Of a stretch of 64,000 nt of DNA, positions 23,601 to 35,200 are shown piece by piece. Numbering within the stretch: the first letter of the stretch is position 1; each line of letters begins with the position of its first letter. The notes under the pieces were generated by a model, which worked only from the letters and a program-made list of their open reading frames with translations, did no database searches and was not told where the DNA came from. This stretch comes from Antedon mediterranea (taxonomy: Eukaryota; Animalia; Echinodermata). Location of the stretch: positions 20,655,045 through 20,719,044 of the forward strand of contig NC_092680.1 of the NCBI RefSeq assembly GCF_964355755.1. Reading direction: 5' to 3'. The position numbers and the translations under genes are program-made.

Positions 23601-26505
23601 TAATTTACGTCATTGTCTACCTTTGTTACAGTATCTATATATAAATTTACGTAAGGGCAAAATTCGGTCAATCGCGCCTTACTTCTAGAATTTTTACTCG
23701 ATGGTATATAAAGTTGGTTCGTACTTTCGGTACTGATTTTAACCACCTGATGTTACCCTGTTTACTAATTAAATTAAGTTAGATAATTAGTTATTGACGA
23801 TTAAAACGAATTTAGGTTCAACGATTTGCCCCAAATAGGGGTGTTTTCCGATCGTGGTATACACTGTCTAATGGATGTCCATCTTGAAAAATACCCGCCA
23901 CAAAAATGCGAGGAGGCTTCGCATTTTCCTATCTCCTCCTACGATAATTGTTTTTAATAGCTGAAAACCGGTTGAACAGTTCGAGTACAGCATCATAATG
24001 TTGAAGACAGGCCGATTTTCTTTAAAAAATACTATTTTGATACATTTAATATACGTTTTTACAAATGTATTGATTTGTGATGAATGGAACATTCCAAATT
24101 ATTTGGTTTAACCATACAGGTATAGATTTAGATTTATGGGCCCCCTTGGAGAATAAGCATAAATAGTATTGCAATGCTGTACAATACTGTTAAGGTATTA
24201 ACCACTTTTGATCGCAATTTGAATCGCAAATTTCTTACTGTGAGTGTTGGTACTGTTAGATGTAATATAAAAATATATACAAATAAACTTTATTACTGTG
24301 AGTGTGGGTAGGCCCTACTGTTAGATTATAAACATATAATATACAAATAAACATTCCAAATTATTTGGTTTAACCATAGAGGTATAGATTTAGATTTATG
24401 GGCCCCCTTGGAGAATAAACATAAATAGTATTGCAATGCTGTACAATACTGTTAAGGTATTAACCACTTTTGATCGCAATTTGAATCGCAAATTTCTTAC
24501 TGTGAGTGTTGGTACTGTTAGATGTAATACTGTATAAAAATATATACAAATAAACTTTATTACTGTGAGTGTGGGTAGGCCCTACTGTTAGATTATAAAC
24601 ATATAATATACAAATAAATAAACGTTATTACTGACAGTTGCTTCTCAACGTTTGTATTAATTAATAATTTAAAAATATATAAACGTCGTAGTGGTGTATC
24701 GTTACATGTACTTTACTATTTCAATCGACTATGACAGTGAGAGTTTTAACAAAATACCGTATTAAATCGTAAATGTTTTACTGTATTTAGTGGTATATTA
24801 TTTATAGGCCTATAAAACATTAAAAACAATATTTCGTTACTGAGTGGATAAGAATATATTTTAAAATGTTTCCTCTTTGTACCTATCTTCTTCCCCCATC
24901 TCTCAACCCTTAATGTTACATACAAAACACAAATTGGGTTTGTTTGACTCATTTTGTTTCTCTCTCGGAAGTAATTCCCAGGGTGCTAATTTTGGTTGAC
25001 TACATAAATCATTGTGTATATTTATTCGTTTCTGTAAACGACAATGTATTATAGTCCTGCGGTACGTACATTTGAAATCTCCATTTTTTTCTCGCTGGAA
25101 ATACTGTGTATTCGAGAACCATCTGTGGGCACGACCTAGATGGTACGCGAGCGAAGCGAGCGTGCCATCTAGTCTTATAGTAATTTATGCAATCTTATGA
25201 ATTGTTATACTTAGTCGTGAAAATAATTTCATTTTGAAAAGAGTAAATTATTTCTTTTTTGTTAATCCAATACAAGAAAACAAATAAGTATGTAATAAGT
25301 ATGTGTAAATGTGTGTATGTATAGTGTCATACAGTAATTGTGTATTATTGTAAATAAAACAATTACCTTATTTTGCAATGACAATGATGCACCATGCTGT
25401 TGTATGAGGAATTCCACTGTTTCCAAGGTACAATATCTAATACTAATAATCACATACAAATGAAGTGGAGTGTTTCCATCCTTGATGAATAAAATCATAA
25501 TAATAAGTTCAATAGATTGATAACAGCTATATAAGTAATTGATAAATGCTAAATAGCCAACAACAAAAAAGTATGTAATAAATGTATGTAAGTTTGTGTA
25601 TGTACTGTCATACAGTAATTGTGTATTGTAAATAAAACAATTACCTTATTTTGCAATGACAATGATGCCCCATGCTGTTGTATGAGGAATTTCACTATTT
25701 CCAAGGTACAATATATATTTCTCGCACACAAATGAAGTGGAGTGTTTCCATCCTTGATAAACAAAATTATAATCATAAGTTCAATAATATTAATAACAGC
25801 TATATAAGTAATTGATAAGTGCTAAATAGACAACCAATAAATGTATAGCATAACGTCATTTCACACAAGTGTGTTTTGTAAAAAGGAAACGTTCTCTGTA
25901 AATCTAAACTATGCATAATGTATGATTCTTTTTATATACCTCATCAGTAGTTTTTAAAATATCTGGATGTTTCTTGCAAATTTGTTCAATTGTTTTCAAG
26001 TCCCCATTATGCACAGCTTGTTTCAAATCGTACCTGTCAAAATGCAAGAAATAATGCATTACTGTATTACCAGAGATTTGATGAGAATGATAATAATATT
26101 TATAATTCTTATTTTCAGTGTAACATATGAACATTAATTTAATTTTAATCTTTTAAATAATTATGCTTGGTTACACTTGATTCAGCCAAGGATGTTTTTC
26201 AGGCACAGCCATAAATAAACAATATAGGCCTATAGACACAAAAGAAAACATTAAAAATACTGCTGTATAATAATTTATATTAGTAAACTCATTTCACATT
26301 GTTTTTCAATTATTATGCACGTCAAAGTAACATTTGAGAATGAATCTCATGGTGGATTTAAAATAAAATTTAAAAATCCCATCTTTTCATTTATTTACAT
26401 TTTAATTATTTCTATATTTTTTAATGTTAGCGTATACATCAAATCTTTGCTTGATTTGAAGTAAAAAATAAAAACAACATACCACTGGAACTCAATTGAA
26501 GACAT
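3060..26505 (-). CDS. Gene 2 (3'-partial): multi-exon ankyrin-repeat array protein, probably the N-terminus of a second ANK-ROCO paralog
   Basis: Exon 1 26505-26483 (MSSIEFQW, in-frame TGA 4 codons upstream, phase 2) joins exon 2 26033-25940 (YDLKQAVHNGDLKTIEQICKKHPDILKTTDE). Then 19 AG/GT-bounded phase-0 ankyrin exons: 25645-25752, 25367-25480, 23307-23414, 22781-22888, 22502-22609, 21979-22086, 21444-21566, 19702-19812, 19179-19286, 18640-18762, 13349-13456, 12830-12943, 12307-12414, 11765-11887, 10989-11099, 10541-10648, 10015-10122, 9487-9594, 3060-3167. Each reads (D/E)GxTPLH...EIV...SLSLQNK with no stops. ROCO identity of the missing 3' part is inferred from gene 1. Confidence 0.85.
5481..8553 (-). 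mobile_element. 5'-truncated LINE, ORF2 plus 3' UTR, nested in the TIR element
   Basis: On the minus strand the 3' end reads aataaagaatatttgaattgaa near 5481-5500; no ORF1 is visible upstream of 8553. Confidence 0.8.
5716..8553 (-). CDS. Non-LTR retrotransposon ORF2 (APE endonuclease + reverse transcriptase), CR1/L2-group
   Basis: 945-aa open frame with APE motifs (FSETW, YRPP, GDFN, LDNI, TDHLP) and RT motifs (YRPISIL, DLSKAFD, GVPQGSILGPLLF, FADDT, KFLGV). Confidence 0.95.
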   Translation of the reverse strand: MDARSLPKHFDEISIMLDTIGRAFDVLGFSETWINKNTPIDLLNINGYNMYTCNREGRVGGGVCLYLKEQINTVTRDDFVFNDNSIDSLFLEIINTNGKNTIVGMLYRPPNSNVNSFNSDLEEILHKLNRENKNCYILGDFNQDLLKYDIQKTTQEFTNIIYSTSFNPLINLPTRITSSSATILDNIITNDDNISHCGVIVTDITDHLPIFMTTHLSLNTNTQAPITKQKIINDTTLNNLLIAISNEDWGELYLCTDTNTSYNLFIKKLSNLIDNNIPTKSNKPNGNTKKKPWITTGILISIKKKNKLYKKYLKNPTQLLKNIYKKYKNKLTHLIRIRKKQYYSKKLDAARHDSKQTWKVLNEVLNRKKSSVKPNEVINHSNKTLVCDPKGMSDAFNDFFSNIGNELANKIPNVNNSDFKQYMKESQSQSIFFNPTNEEEVIEIVSQIKNSNSEGVDNLSNRILKHIIAAVASPLVHIFNLSLETGMVPDSMKVARVVPIFKSGNKSDVSNYRPISILPTASKILEKIVQIRVNNYITKFNILNNAQYGFRKNSSTFMAVIDLVERITDALDKKKNTIGIFIDLSKAFDTINHDILLKKLEHYGIRGTALKWFRNYISGRKQFTSIDNTSSCLMDINCGVPQGSILGPLLFILYINDVFNCSNSLSFVLFADDTNISASHENLDTLIELVNGELKNVSDWFMCNKLSINVKKTNYIIFRNQRNPSNLENVNIYVNNKRIDRVKSTKFLGVHIDEFLTYKNHINVTARKISRYVGILYKVRHFLPTYALWTIYKSLIEPVLNYCNIIWCSTFPSYLDELFKLQKRALRAITWSKFNDSMTECFYKFKLLKIADINKYQIGLFMYNVTTNQDVRFSSLFIKNGSYHNYNTRSKDKMRLRKRNRTSTSFTVSCVGPKLWNDLNYELQSTKSIYIFKSLFKEHLLSFYK
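11265..11516 (-). mobile_element. tRNA-derived SINE inserted in a cassette intron
   Basis: Interrupts the cassette motif gtagtaaatt/tgttgcag. The minus-strand head has an A box (TGGCTTGGTGG) and B box (GGTTTAAGTCC); the A-rich tail appears as a T-run at ~11265-11286. Confidence 0.8.
14893..16473 (+). mobile_element. Non-autonomous Helentron/HINE-type rolling-circle element A
   Basis: 5' palindrome gttatccgcaac...gttgcggataac, 3' subterminal gcggataac, hairpin ctcgtca-aag-tgacgag, end TCTAG within a T-run. A further 5'-end fragment sits at ~14832-14890. Confidence 0.75.
16488..18378 (+). mobile_element. Non-autonomous Helentron/HINE-type element B (diverged relative of A)
   Basis: Duplicated 5' palindrome gttatccgct-tagt-agcggataa, the same 3' hairpin and TCTAG end; internal duplication ~16585-16870 vs ~16880-17160; LINE copy 2 shows the empty T-run site. 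Confidence 0.75.
20193..21409 (+). mobile_element. 5'-truncated LINE copy 2 (segmental duplicate of copy 1, without Helentrons)
   Basis: Same truncation point, insertion site and tail as copy 1; a 5-bp deletion near 20351 causes a frameshift. Confidence 0.92.
23634..25172 (+). mobile_element. Non-autonomous Helitron
   Basis: Begins TC, ends CTAG, inserted between A and T of cassette sequence cagta/tcttatag with no TSD; 3' hairpin ctagatggtacgc...gcgtgccatctag; internal ~263-bp tandem duplication (24088-24620). Confidence 0.88.
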
Positions 26506-26839
26506 ACTGCGTATTCATTTACCAGTATTTGTGTGCCAATGACTTAGAAAAAAAAAATAGGAAAAGCAAGGTGTAAATTATGTAATCTCTTCTCTTCTTA
26601 TTTTCTCTCTGAATAATTCTTCTCTGGAGACTTTTTAGGCATTAGTTAAGTTTTTAAGGGTTCAAATAGTTTTACGTAATAATCAATTATTATTTATTAT
26701 CTATAATGCTAATTGTTTAGGGTTACTGATTATCAGTTTCAATAGATTGACCACAAAAATAAATATTAACAATATTTGTCATATGGTACAAAGTGATACT
26801 AAATATTATTTCGCCTAAAAGCACTAGACATTCAATATG

Positions 26840-27290
26840 TATGGACTCTTGTTAAATAGTAATATTAGACATTCAAAATAAACAACAGGCTTGTATTAAC
26901 ACCCAGCCTATGGACTCTTGTTAAATAGTAATATTAGACATTCAAAATAAACAACAGGCTTGTATTAACATCCAGGCTATGGACTCTTGTTAAATAGTAA
27001 TATTAGACATTCAAAATAAACAACAGGCTTAACACCCAGCCTATGGACTCTCTTGTTAAATAGTAATATTAGACACTCAAAATAAACAACAGGCTTGTAT
27101 TAACATCCAGGCTATGGACTCTTGTTAAATAGTAATATTAGACATTCAAAATAAACAACAGGCTTAACACCCAGCCTATGGACTCTCTTGTTAAATAGTA
27201 ATATTAGACACTCAAAATAAACAACAGGCTTGTATTAACACCCAACCTATATACTTTTGTTAATTACCTGACATTAAAAATAAACAATAC
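26840..27290. repeat. ~66-71-bp minisatellite (about 6 copies) upstream of the gene 2 start codon
   Basis: tatggactcttgttaaatagtaatattagacattcaaaataaacaacaggcttgtattaacacccagcc repeated. Confidence 0.9.
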
Positions 27291-29442
27291 CTGTATAGGC
27301 TGAGTCAGTTATGTGGGACATGGTACACTGATTATGAACACAAAGAGTGCACAAACTCAATGAGCATGCTATGCAAAGTACAAATAAAGCATATATATTA
27401 TATAAATCCAAAGCCAAATTTGTACAGATAAAAAATAAAATGAGACAAACTCAGAGGAGATGTTAAAATGGATGGATTTATTTAACATAAAATAGGTTAC
27501 TAGATAATCTGTATTAAGAAATGTATACGAGTATAAATTATGTATGTAGATGATGTAAAAAAATAACTATGTTACTAAGGAAAATAATGTTTGCTTTTAA
27601 TCGAAAATGTGTTCAAAATGATATATATAAAAAGAGGAATGCAATATTAGTAAATGTACTAAGTTAAACAGATGGAAAAAAAATGGAAAGAGTGATAATA
27701 TGTAAGAAATGAATACAACTTTAAAACAAAAGTTGTATGTAATGTAAACAGATTATAAAAACAAATATTGTAAATAGAATAATAGAATAATATATATAGT
27801 GTATAGAAATGAAAATGTGTTTAAGAGTAAAAATATGTAAAGAGGAACATGTAATGGAAATAAAAGTGGGAAGAACCCACATAAAATAAAATTTACTGTA
27901 AAATGTAAAATTTTAATTTCTAAGTTTTAAAAGGGTTATGGAGATATGGCCATTTGGTCGCCATTTTGAACTTGGGGCCGTTACCATGGTTACGGGATCG
28001 TGAAAATTTGTTACCTAGCATTTTTGGTATCCTAGCACCATAATAAAGTGAAATCAAGTGAAATATCTCACTTTGGGCATTAAAATCCTACGGAAATACA
28101 TGAGGACCCTGAATATTAGGACGAACGAAACGTACGACATAAGCACAACGCAATTGACCAATGACAAGCATTGGAGTAATTGAACTATAAATAATTTGTC
28201 ATTGATGAACTCGCTTGCATTCATTTCATTTATTTATTTGACCAACAAAACATAATATACAATGTAGGCCTACAAAGATGAATTGGTCAGGGACTGCTAA
28301 GTAATACGATTACTGTAAGTTGTAACTACAAGAGTCAGCAGTCCCATGATCTTAACTAAAATAAATATATAATTTTATAAACAAATAAAGTAAAAAGCTG
28401 CGAGTATACAGAAAAAAAAAGAACAAATATAATATACAAAAAAAAAGAATTAAAGATTATTATCATGAAGGAAAGAGTCAATAGATGATAAAAGATGAGG
28501 AAAAGATTTAGTAATATTTGGGCTTGCGTTGTGTCCTAGTTGGAACCCTACTTACATCGCTAAAAATATTACTTTCCTCTCATAGTTAGTGCGCACGCTA
28601 TACGAATAATGGGAGTGTGATTTTTACATTTTACCATAGAGATATTCTCTATGATTTTACCAATGAAAGTGTGGGAGCATCAATCGCCTCTTTGATCTCT
28701 AGAGAGCTGCAAGATGACTTCTGTAGCAGCAGCAGCACGAACATCGGCTGCACAACTTTGTGTTCTCCTCCATGGTGGTACCTACCTTATCCTATCTGTC
28801 TCATGCAGTTGCGTAGAATTTAGATTGAGAGTAACTGTAGTTACTGTTCCATTCTATCTTATAGAAGATACCATGAAGAGTTTTAAAACGAAATGTCTGA
28901 TTTCATGGGTAGATTGTTAAGCGTCGGTAGTTATTTCCGGGTGTGTTAATCCCTTTGCACCAAAGAATGCACAACACACCTACACCTTTCATTCTTTCGG
29001 AAAATAAATCGTCATGCTGACGAAACTGGCATTCTCTACTTATTATATACGGAGAGCCATTTATGCATTTAAACTTTTAAAATAAAAATAGTACTACGGT
29101 GTAACTGCTCCAGTGGAACCAATTTGGCACAGCGGGAGCACAGTGAAAAGTCACTAAATTGTACTATCTTTCTGTATGTACACTATGCTCCATTGGACTC
29201 AATTTGATCACACTATTTTACTTTCAAATCTCTTTAACTAATGGTATCCTGGCATTACTCTTGACCTATTCAAAGATTATATGTCCAATCGACTTCAATG
29301 CACATACAGTATATATCAACAATGTTTGTTCTTATTTTAAAACCTATTGTTTGTGGTTTAGGCCTACTTCAATTAGGTCGTTCTTTTTTATCATTATTGT
29401 ATATCAATGGTTTACCTAATGCTGACATCCTTTCTCTCTATA

Positions 29443-30740
29443 TTCAAGATTCAAGATTCAAGATTCAAGAAATTTAATTTGTCCATAAAAATGGAAATCC
29501 ACTTTGCTTGGTAGATTAAAACAACAATATTGCAACAATTTAAAACGTGCAGTATTATAACAGATAAAAATACAAGATAAAAAGTTATAAATACTGTTAA
29601 AAATGTAAAACTATTTAAAAATTGCATTAAATATAGAATTAAAAATATGAATGCTATTTACAACGAAGGATTTTCTAGTTCTACAAAGATTTGCTCTTAG
29701 AGGTCGTAGCCTAATGCCTGATCTATTTAAGTTATAACAGTAATGTAACGGATGAGTGGGGTCTTTCATAATATTGTTTACTTTTTTAAAAATACTCTTT
29801 TCATAGATAAATGAACAAGTCGTTAGATCAGCTTTAATAATACGTTGTGCAATTTTACGTGGTCTCTCAATATTTTTCTTATCATTTTCAGTAAAGTTAC
29901 CATAAAAACATCCAATGCTAAAAGATAAAATACTTTGAATAATACTAGTGTTATCAACTCTAATTTGCTTGAGTTTTCTGAGAAAATAGAGCCTTTGAGA
30001 TGCCTTCTTGGAAATCATGAGAGAGTTTGACTCCCAATTTAATTTGTTGTCAATTATAGTACCTAAGTTTGTATTGGGTTACTCTTTCAACCTCGGTTTC
30101 TTTAATAGTTATTACATTATGTTCAACTGCGGTTTTACGAAAATCTATTATCATCTCTTTGGTTTTAGTAATATTAAGTATTAAGTTCATATCCTCACAC
30201 CAATTTACAAATCTTCAAACTTCATTAACAAATTTATTTACATTATGCTTACTATCGCAAAGAAAACCACTAATTACAGTATCGTACAGCGTACTTTACA
30301 ATATTGCAATCTTTACTTAAAATATTAAAACTACTTGAATAAAAAGAGAACAAAATTGGAGAAATAACACATCCTTGAGGAGCTCCAACACTGATAGATT
30401 CTTTGTTGGATAGGATACCATTGCACTTAACCATCTGCGGTCTATTAATCAAAAAACTATATATAACTTTGGCGAGCTGAGGTGAGACATTAAAACTTAA
30501 TAATCTATCAATTAAAACATGTGGTAAAATAGTATTAAAAGCACTGGAGAAATCGAAAAATATAGACCGTACATAATTTCTTTTTAAATCAAGGTGATGA
30601 TATGTATCATGGAGATAAGAATTAACAGCATCGTCAACCCCTCTGTTTTTCTTGTATGCAAATTGATTCTTATCTACATTACCAATATTTTCCTTAAGTC
30701 TAGAAACAATCAACCTTTCTAAGCATTTCATTAAATTTTT
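29443..30740 (-). mobile_element. Truncated, frameshifted Rex1/Babar-type LINE
   Basis: ORF fragments FDFSSAFNTI, GAPQGCVISPILF and KKASQRLYFLRKL; (TCTTGAA)n tail seen as ttcaaga x4 at 29443-29470. Confidence 0.8.
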
Positions 30741-31830
30741 GCTGATGACACTACCATACTTTGTAGTCACACACAGATTTTGATTTTATTTTTAAAACTT
30801 TGAATAGGGAATTGAAGAACGTTAATGATTACTTCAATGCAAGCAAACTTTCCATAAATATTAGCAAATGCCATTTATGCTTTTTGGTTTTCGACACCAA
30901 GACTTGAATAATGACTCACATAATGTTTACCTCGCTACCCATAAAATTCCTCTTGCTAAGCATACCAAATTTATTAGAGTAGAAATAGATGAAAAACCGT
31001 TAAACTTAAATACATATTAAAGACATCGAAACTAAAGATATCTAAAAATATTCGAATTGTATATCATCTCTCCTTTTACTTATCCAAACAAATCCTTTGC
31101 ATTATTTATTGTTCACTTATTTTACCTTTTATTTCTTAGTGCAATATTGTCTGGGCAAACAACTATATTTCAAACCTCAACAATTATGCTTATTCTTCAA
31201 AAAGAAACAATTCGCCTCATCTCTGATGCATCACGCCTAGATCACATTAGTGTGCTTTTCTCTGATCTTAAATCGTTAACCGAACATCAATATATCCTCC
31301 AACAGTGCACTCGTCTATTATGAACGTCAATTGTCTACTTCCAACTAAAATTACTTGCAGCTTCATAAAAACAACAACATTCATACTTATAACACTAGAT
31401 CCTCTTGTAACCTCCACCCGCCACTTACCAAATTAACATTATGCAACATAATATCCGTTATATAAGTGGCACCAAATTATATACCGATCTCCATTAAAAT
31501 GACACCTTCAACAAAATATTTTCTTTTAAATAAAAAAAAGAAGTAAACACATTTATTTGGTTTTATGTGATTCCATAGTGTTAACATTATCTTGTCTTGT
31601 TGAGTGTTTTTCTTGTTTGTCCTGTTTGTTTATTCATGTTAAATTAAACATTAACATGATTACAACTTGTTTGTTTTTTTTTTCTTAACTGGCCACCCGT
31701 CACAAGTTTTTTGGAGGGAGACCTTCAAATGTTGTTACTTCCTGGGTTTTGCCTCTTTATTATATATATATATTTATATTTGTATTTTTTTACCTTGAAA
31801 GAGAAAAGAAATAAATGTATTTTTGTATTT
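30735..31830 (+). mobile_element. Old decayed LINE RT fragment with 3' UTR; upstream part probably 29180-29440, split by the Rex/Babar copy
   Basis: tttgctgatgacact (FADDT) at ~30738, ILQKETIRLIS remnant, AATAAA and tail near 31810. Confidence 0.6.
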
Positions 31831-32296
31831 GATTTAACGCCAATGGAGCACATTGATATCAAATATAATTCAAATCACTAAACTTTGATATTTGTTCGTG
31901 TGTTTATTGTATATACACTGCATGTGCTCCAGTGGACCCTATTTGGCGCCAGTAGATCACAATGATATAAAATACAAATATATTACATACATTTTAAGAT
32001 CTTTTCGTACACACTGCGATACAGTGGACCCGATTCGGCGCCAGTGTCATCTGTTCATATGTAATAATATACACTGTGCTCCAGTGAACCCTATTTGGTG
32101 CCAGTATCATCTTTTCGTATGTAATACAATGTGCTCCAGTGAACCCAATGTGGTGCCAGTGGAACACAGTGAAATGGTCACATACAAAACACATCGAGAA
32201 CAAATACTTTTTGAATGTAAAAATGTTTCAAACTTGTTGGTATAATGTATATAATAGACCAGCTTCCGATTGGTTCCACCACCCACCCGGAAAGGG

Positions 32297-35200
32297 CATT
32301 AATGACACGATGTGTGTATATATTATAGACCAGCTTTAGATCTAGCTGGTGCCACCAGGAAAGGACATTAATGACACGATGTGTGTATATATTATAGACC
32401 AGCTTTAGATCTAGCTGGTGCCACCAGGAAAGGACTTTACAGTAATGACACAATGTTTGTATATATTATAGACCAGCTTTAGATCTAGCTGGTACCACCA
32501 GGAAAGGACATTACAATAATGACACAATGTTTGTATATATTATAGACCAGCTTTAGATCTAGCTGGTGCCACCAGGAAATGACATTACAGTAATGACACA
32601 ATGTTTGTATATATTATAGACCAGCTTTAGATCCAGCTGGTGCCACCAGGAAAGGACATTACAGTAATGACACAATGTGTGTATATATTATAGACCAGCT
32701 TTAGATCCAGCTGGTGCCACCAGGAAAGGACATTACAGTAATGACACAATGTTTGTATATATTATAGACCAGCTTTAGATCCAGCTGGTGCCACCAGGAA
32801 GGACATTACAGTAATGACACAATGTGTGTATATATTATAGACCAGCTTTAGATCTAGCTGGTGCCACCAGGAAAGGACATTACAGTAATGACACAATGTT
32901 TGTATATATTATAGACCAGCTTTAGATCTAGCTGGTGCCACCAGGAAAGGACATTAATGACACAATGTTTGTATATATTATAGACCAGCTTTAGATCTAG
33001 CTGGTGCCACCAGGAAAGGACATTACAGTAATGACACAATGTTTGTATATATTATAGACCAGCTTTAGATCCAGCTGGTGCCACCAGGAAAGGACATTAC
33101 AGTAATGACACAATGTTTGTATATATTATAGACCAGCTTTAGATCCATCTGGTGCCACCAGGAAAGGACATTACAGTAATGACACAATGTTTGTATATAT
33201 TATAGGCCAGCTTTAGATCCAGCTGGTGCCACCTGGAAAGGACATTACAATAATGACACAATGTGTGTATATATTATAGACCAGCTTTAGATCTAGCTGG
33301 TGCCACCAGGAAAGGACATTACAGTAATGACACAATGTGTGTATATATTATAGACCAGCTTTAGATCTAGCTGGTGCCACCAGGAAAGGACATTACAGTA
33401 ATGACACAATGTTTGTATATATTATAGACCAGCTTTAGATCCAGCTGGTGCCACCAGGAAAGGACATTAATGACACAATGTCTGTATATATTATAGACCA
33501 GCTTTAGATCTAGCTGGTGCCACCAGGAAAGGACATTACAGTAATGACACAATGTTTGTATATATTATAGACCAGCTTTAGATCCAGCTGGTGCCACCAG
33601 GAAAGGACATTAATGACACGATGTTTGTATATATTATAGACCAGCTTTAGATCTAGCTGGTGCCACCAGGAAAGGACATTACAGTAATGACACAATGTTT
33701 GTATATATTATAGACCAGCTTTAGATCTAGCTGGTGCCACCAGGAAAGGACATTAATGACACGATGTGTGTATATATTATAGACCAGCTTTAGATCTAGC
33801 TGGTGCCACCAGGAAAGGACTTTACAGTAATGACACAATGTTTGTATATATTATAGACCAGCTTTAGATCCAGCTGGTGCCACCAGGAAAGGACATTACA
33901 ATAATGACACAATGTTTGTATATATTATAGACCAGCTTTAGATCTAGCTGGTGCCACCAGGAAAGGACATTACAGTAATGACACAATGTCTGTATATATT
34001 ATAGGCCAGCTTTAGATCTAGCTGGTGCCACCAGGAAAGGACATTACAGTAATGACACAATGTGTGTATATATTATAGACCAGCTTTAGATCTAGCTGGT
34101 GCCACCAGGAAAGGACATTACATTAATGACACAATGTTTGTATATATTATAGACCAGCTTTAGATCTAGCTGGTGCCACCAGGAAAGGACATTAAAGTAA
34201 TGACACAATGTGTGTATATATTATAGACCAGCTTTAGATCTAGCTGGTGCCACCAGGAAAGGACATTACAGTAATGACACAATGTTTGTATATATTATAG
34301 ACCAGCTTTAGATCCAGCTGGTGCCACCAGGAAATGACATTACAGTAATGACACAATGTTTGTATATATTATAGGCCAGCTTTAGATCTAGCTGGTGCCA
34401 CCAGGAAAGGACATTACAGTAATGACACAATGTTTGTATATATTATAGGCCAGCTTTAGATCTAGCTGGTGCCACCAGGAAAGGACATTACAGTAATGAA
34501 ACAATGTTTGTATATATTATAGACCAGCTTTAGATCTAGCTGGTGCCACCAGGAAAGGACATTACAATAATGACACAATGTTTGTATATATTATAGACCA
34601 GCTTTAGATCTAGCTGGTGCCACCAGGAAAGGACATTACAGTAATGAAACAATGTTTGTATATATTATAGACCAGCTTTAGATCTAGCTGGTGCCACCAG
34701 GAAAGGACATTACAATAATGACACAATGTTTGTATATATTATAGGCCAGCTTTAGATCTAGCTGGTGCCACCAGGAAAGGACATTACAGTAATGACACAA
34801 TGTTTGTATATATTATAGACCAGCTTTAGATCCAGCTGGTGCCACCAGGAAATGACATTACAGTAATGACACAATGTTTGTATATATTATAGGCCAGCTT
34901 TAGATCTAGCTGGTGCCACCAGGAAAGGACATTACAGTAATGAAACAATGTTTGTATATATTATAGACCAGCTTTAGATCCAGCTGGTGCCACCAGGAAA
35001 GGACATTACAATAATGACACAATGTTTGTATATATTATAGACCAGCTTTAGATCTAGCTGGTGCCACCAGGAAAGGACATTACAGTAATGACACAATGTC
35101 TGTATATATTATAGGCCAGCTTTAGATCTAGCTGGTGCCACCAGGAAAGGACATTACAGTAATGACACAATGTGTGTATATATTATAGACCAGCTTTAGA

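Larger units (their letters stand above)
3016..25850 (-). repeat. Tandem ~525-bp exon-intron cassette array (some ~280-bp short units), interrupted by TEs
   Basis: Near-identical intron blocks (e.g. aagtaattgataagtgctaaatagacaaccaataaatgtatagcaaaacacatctcatcac) recur with each ankyrin exon; typical spacing 524-528 bp. Confidence 0.95.

Noticed and set aside
3060-25752. Diversity-generating retroelement explaining the variable patches
   Set aside because: The nearby RTs are ordinary LINE and Gypsy types, no template repeat is evident, and third-position A at codon 13 is invariant, unlike adenine-directed mutagenesis.
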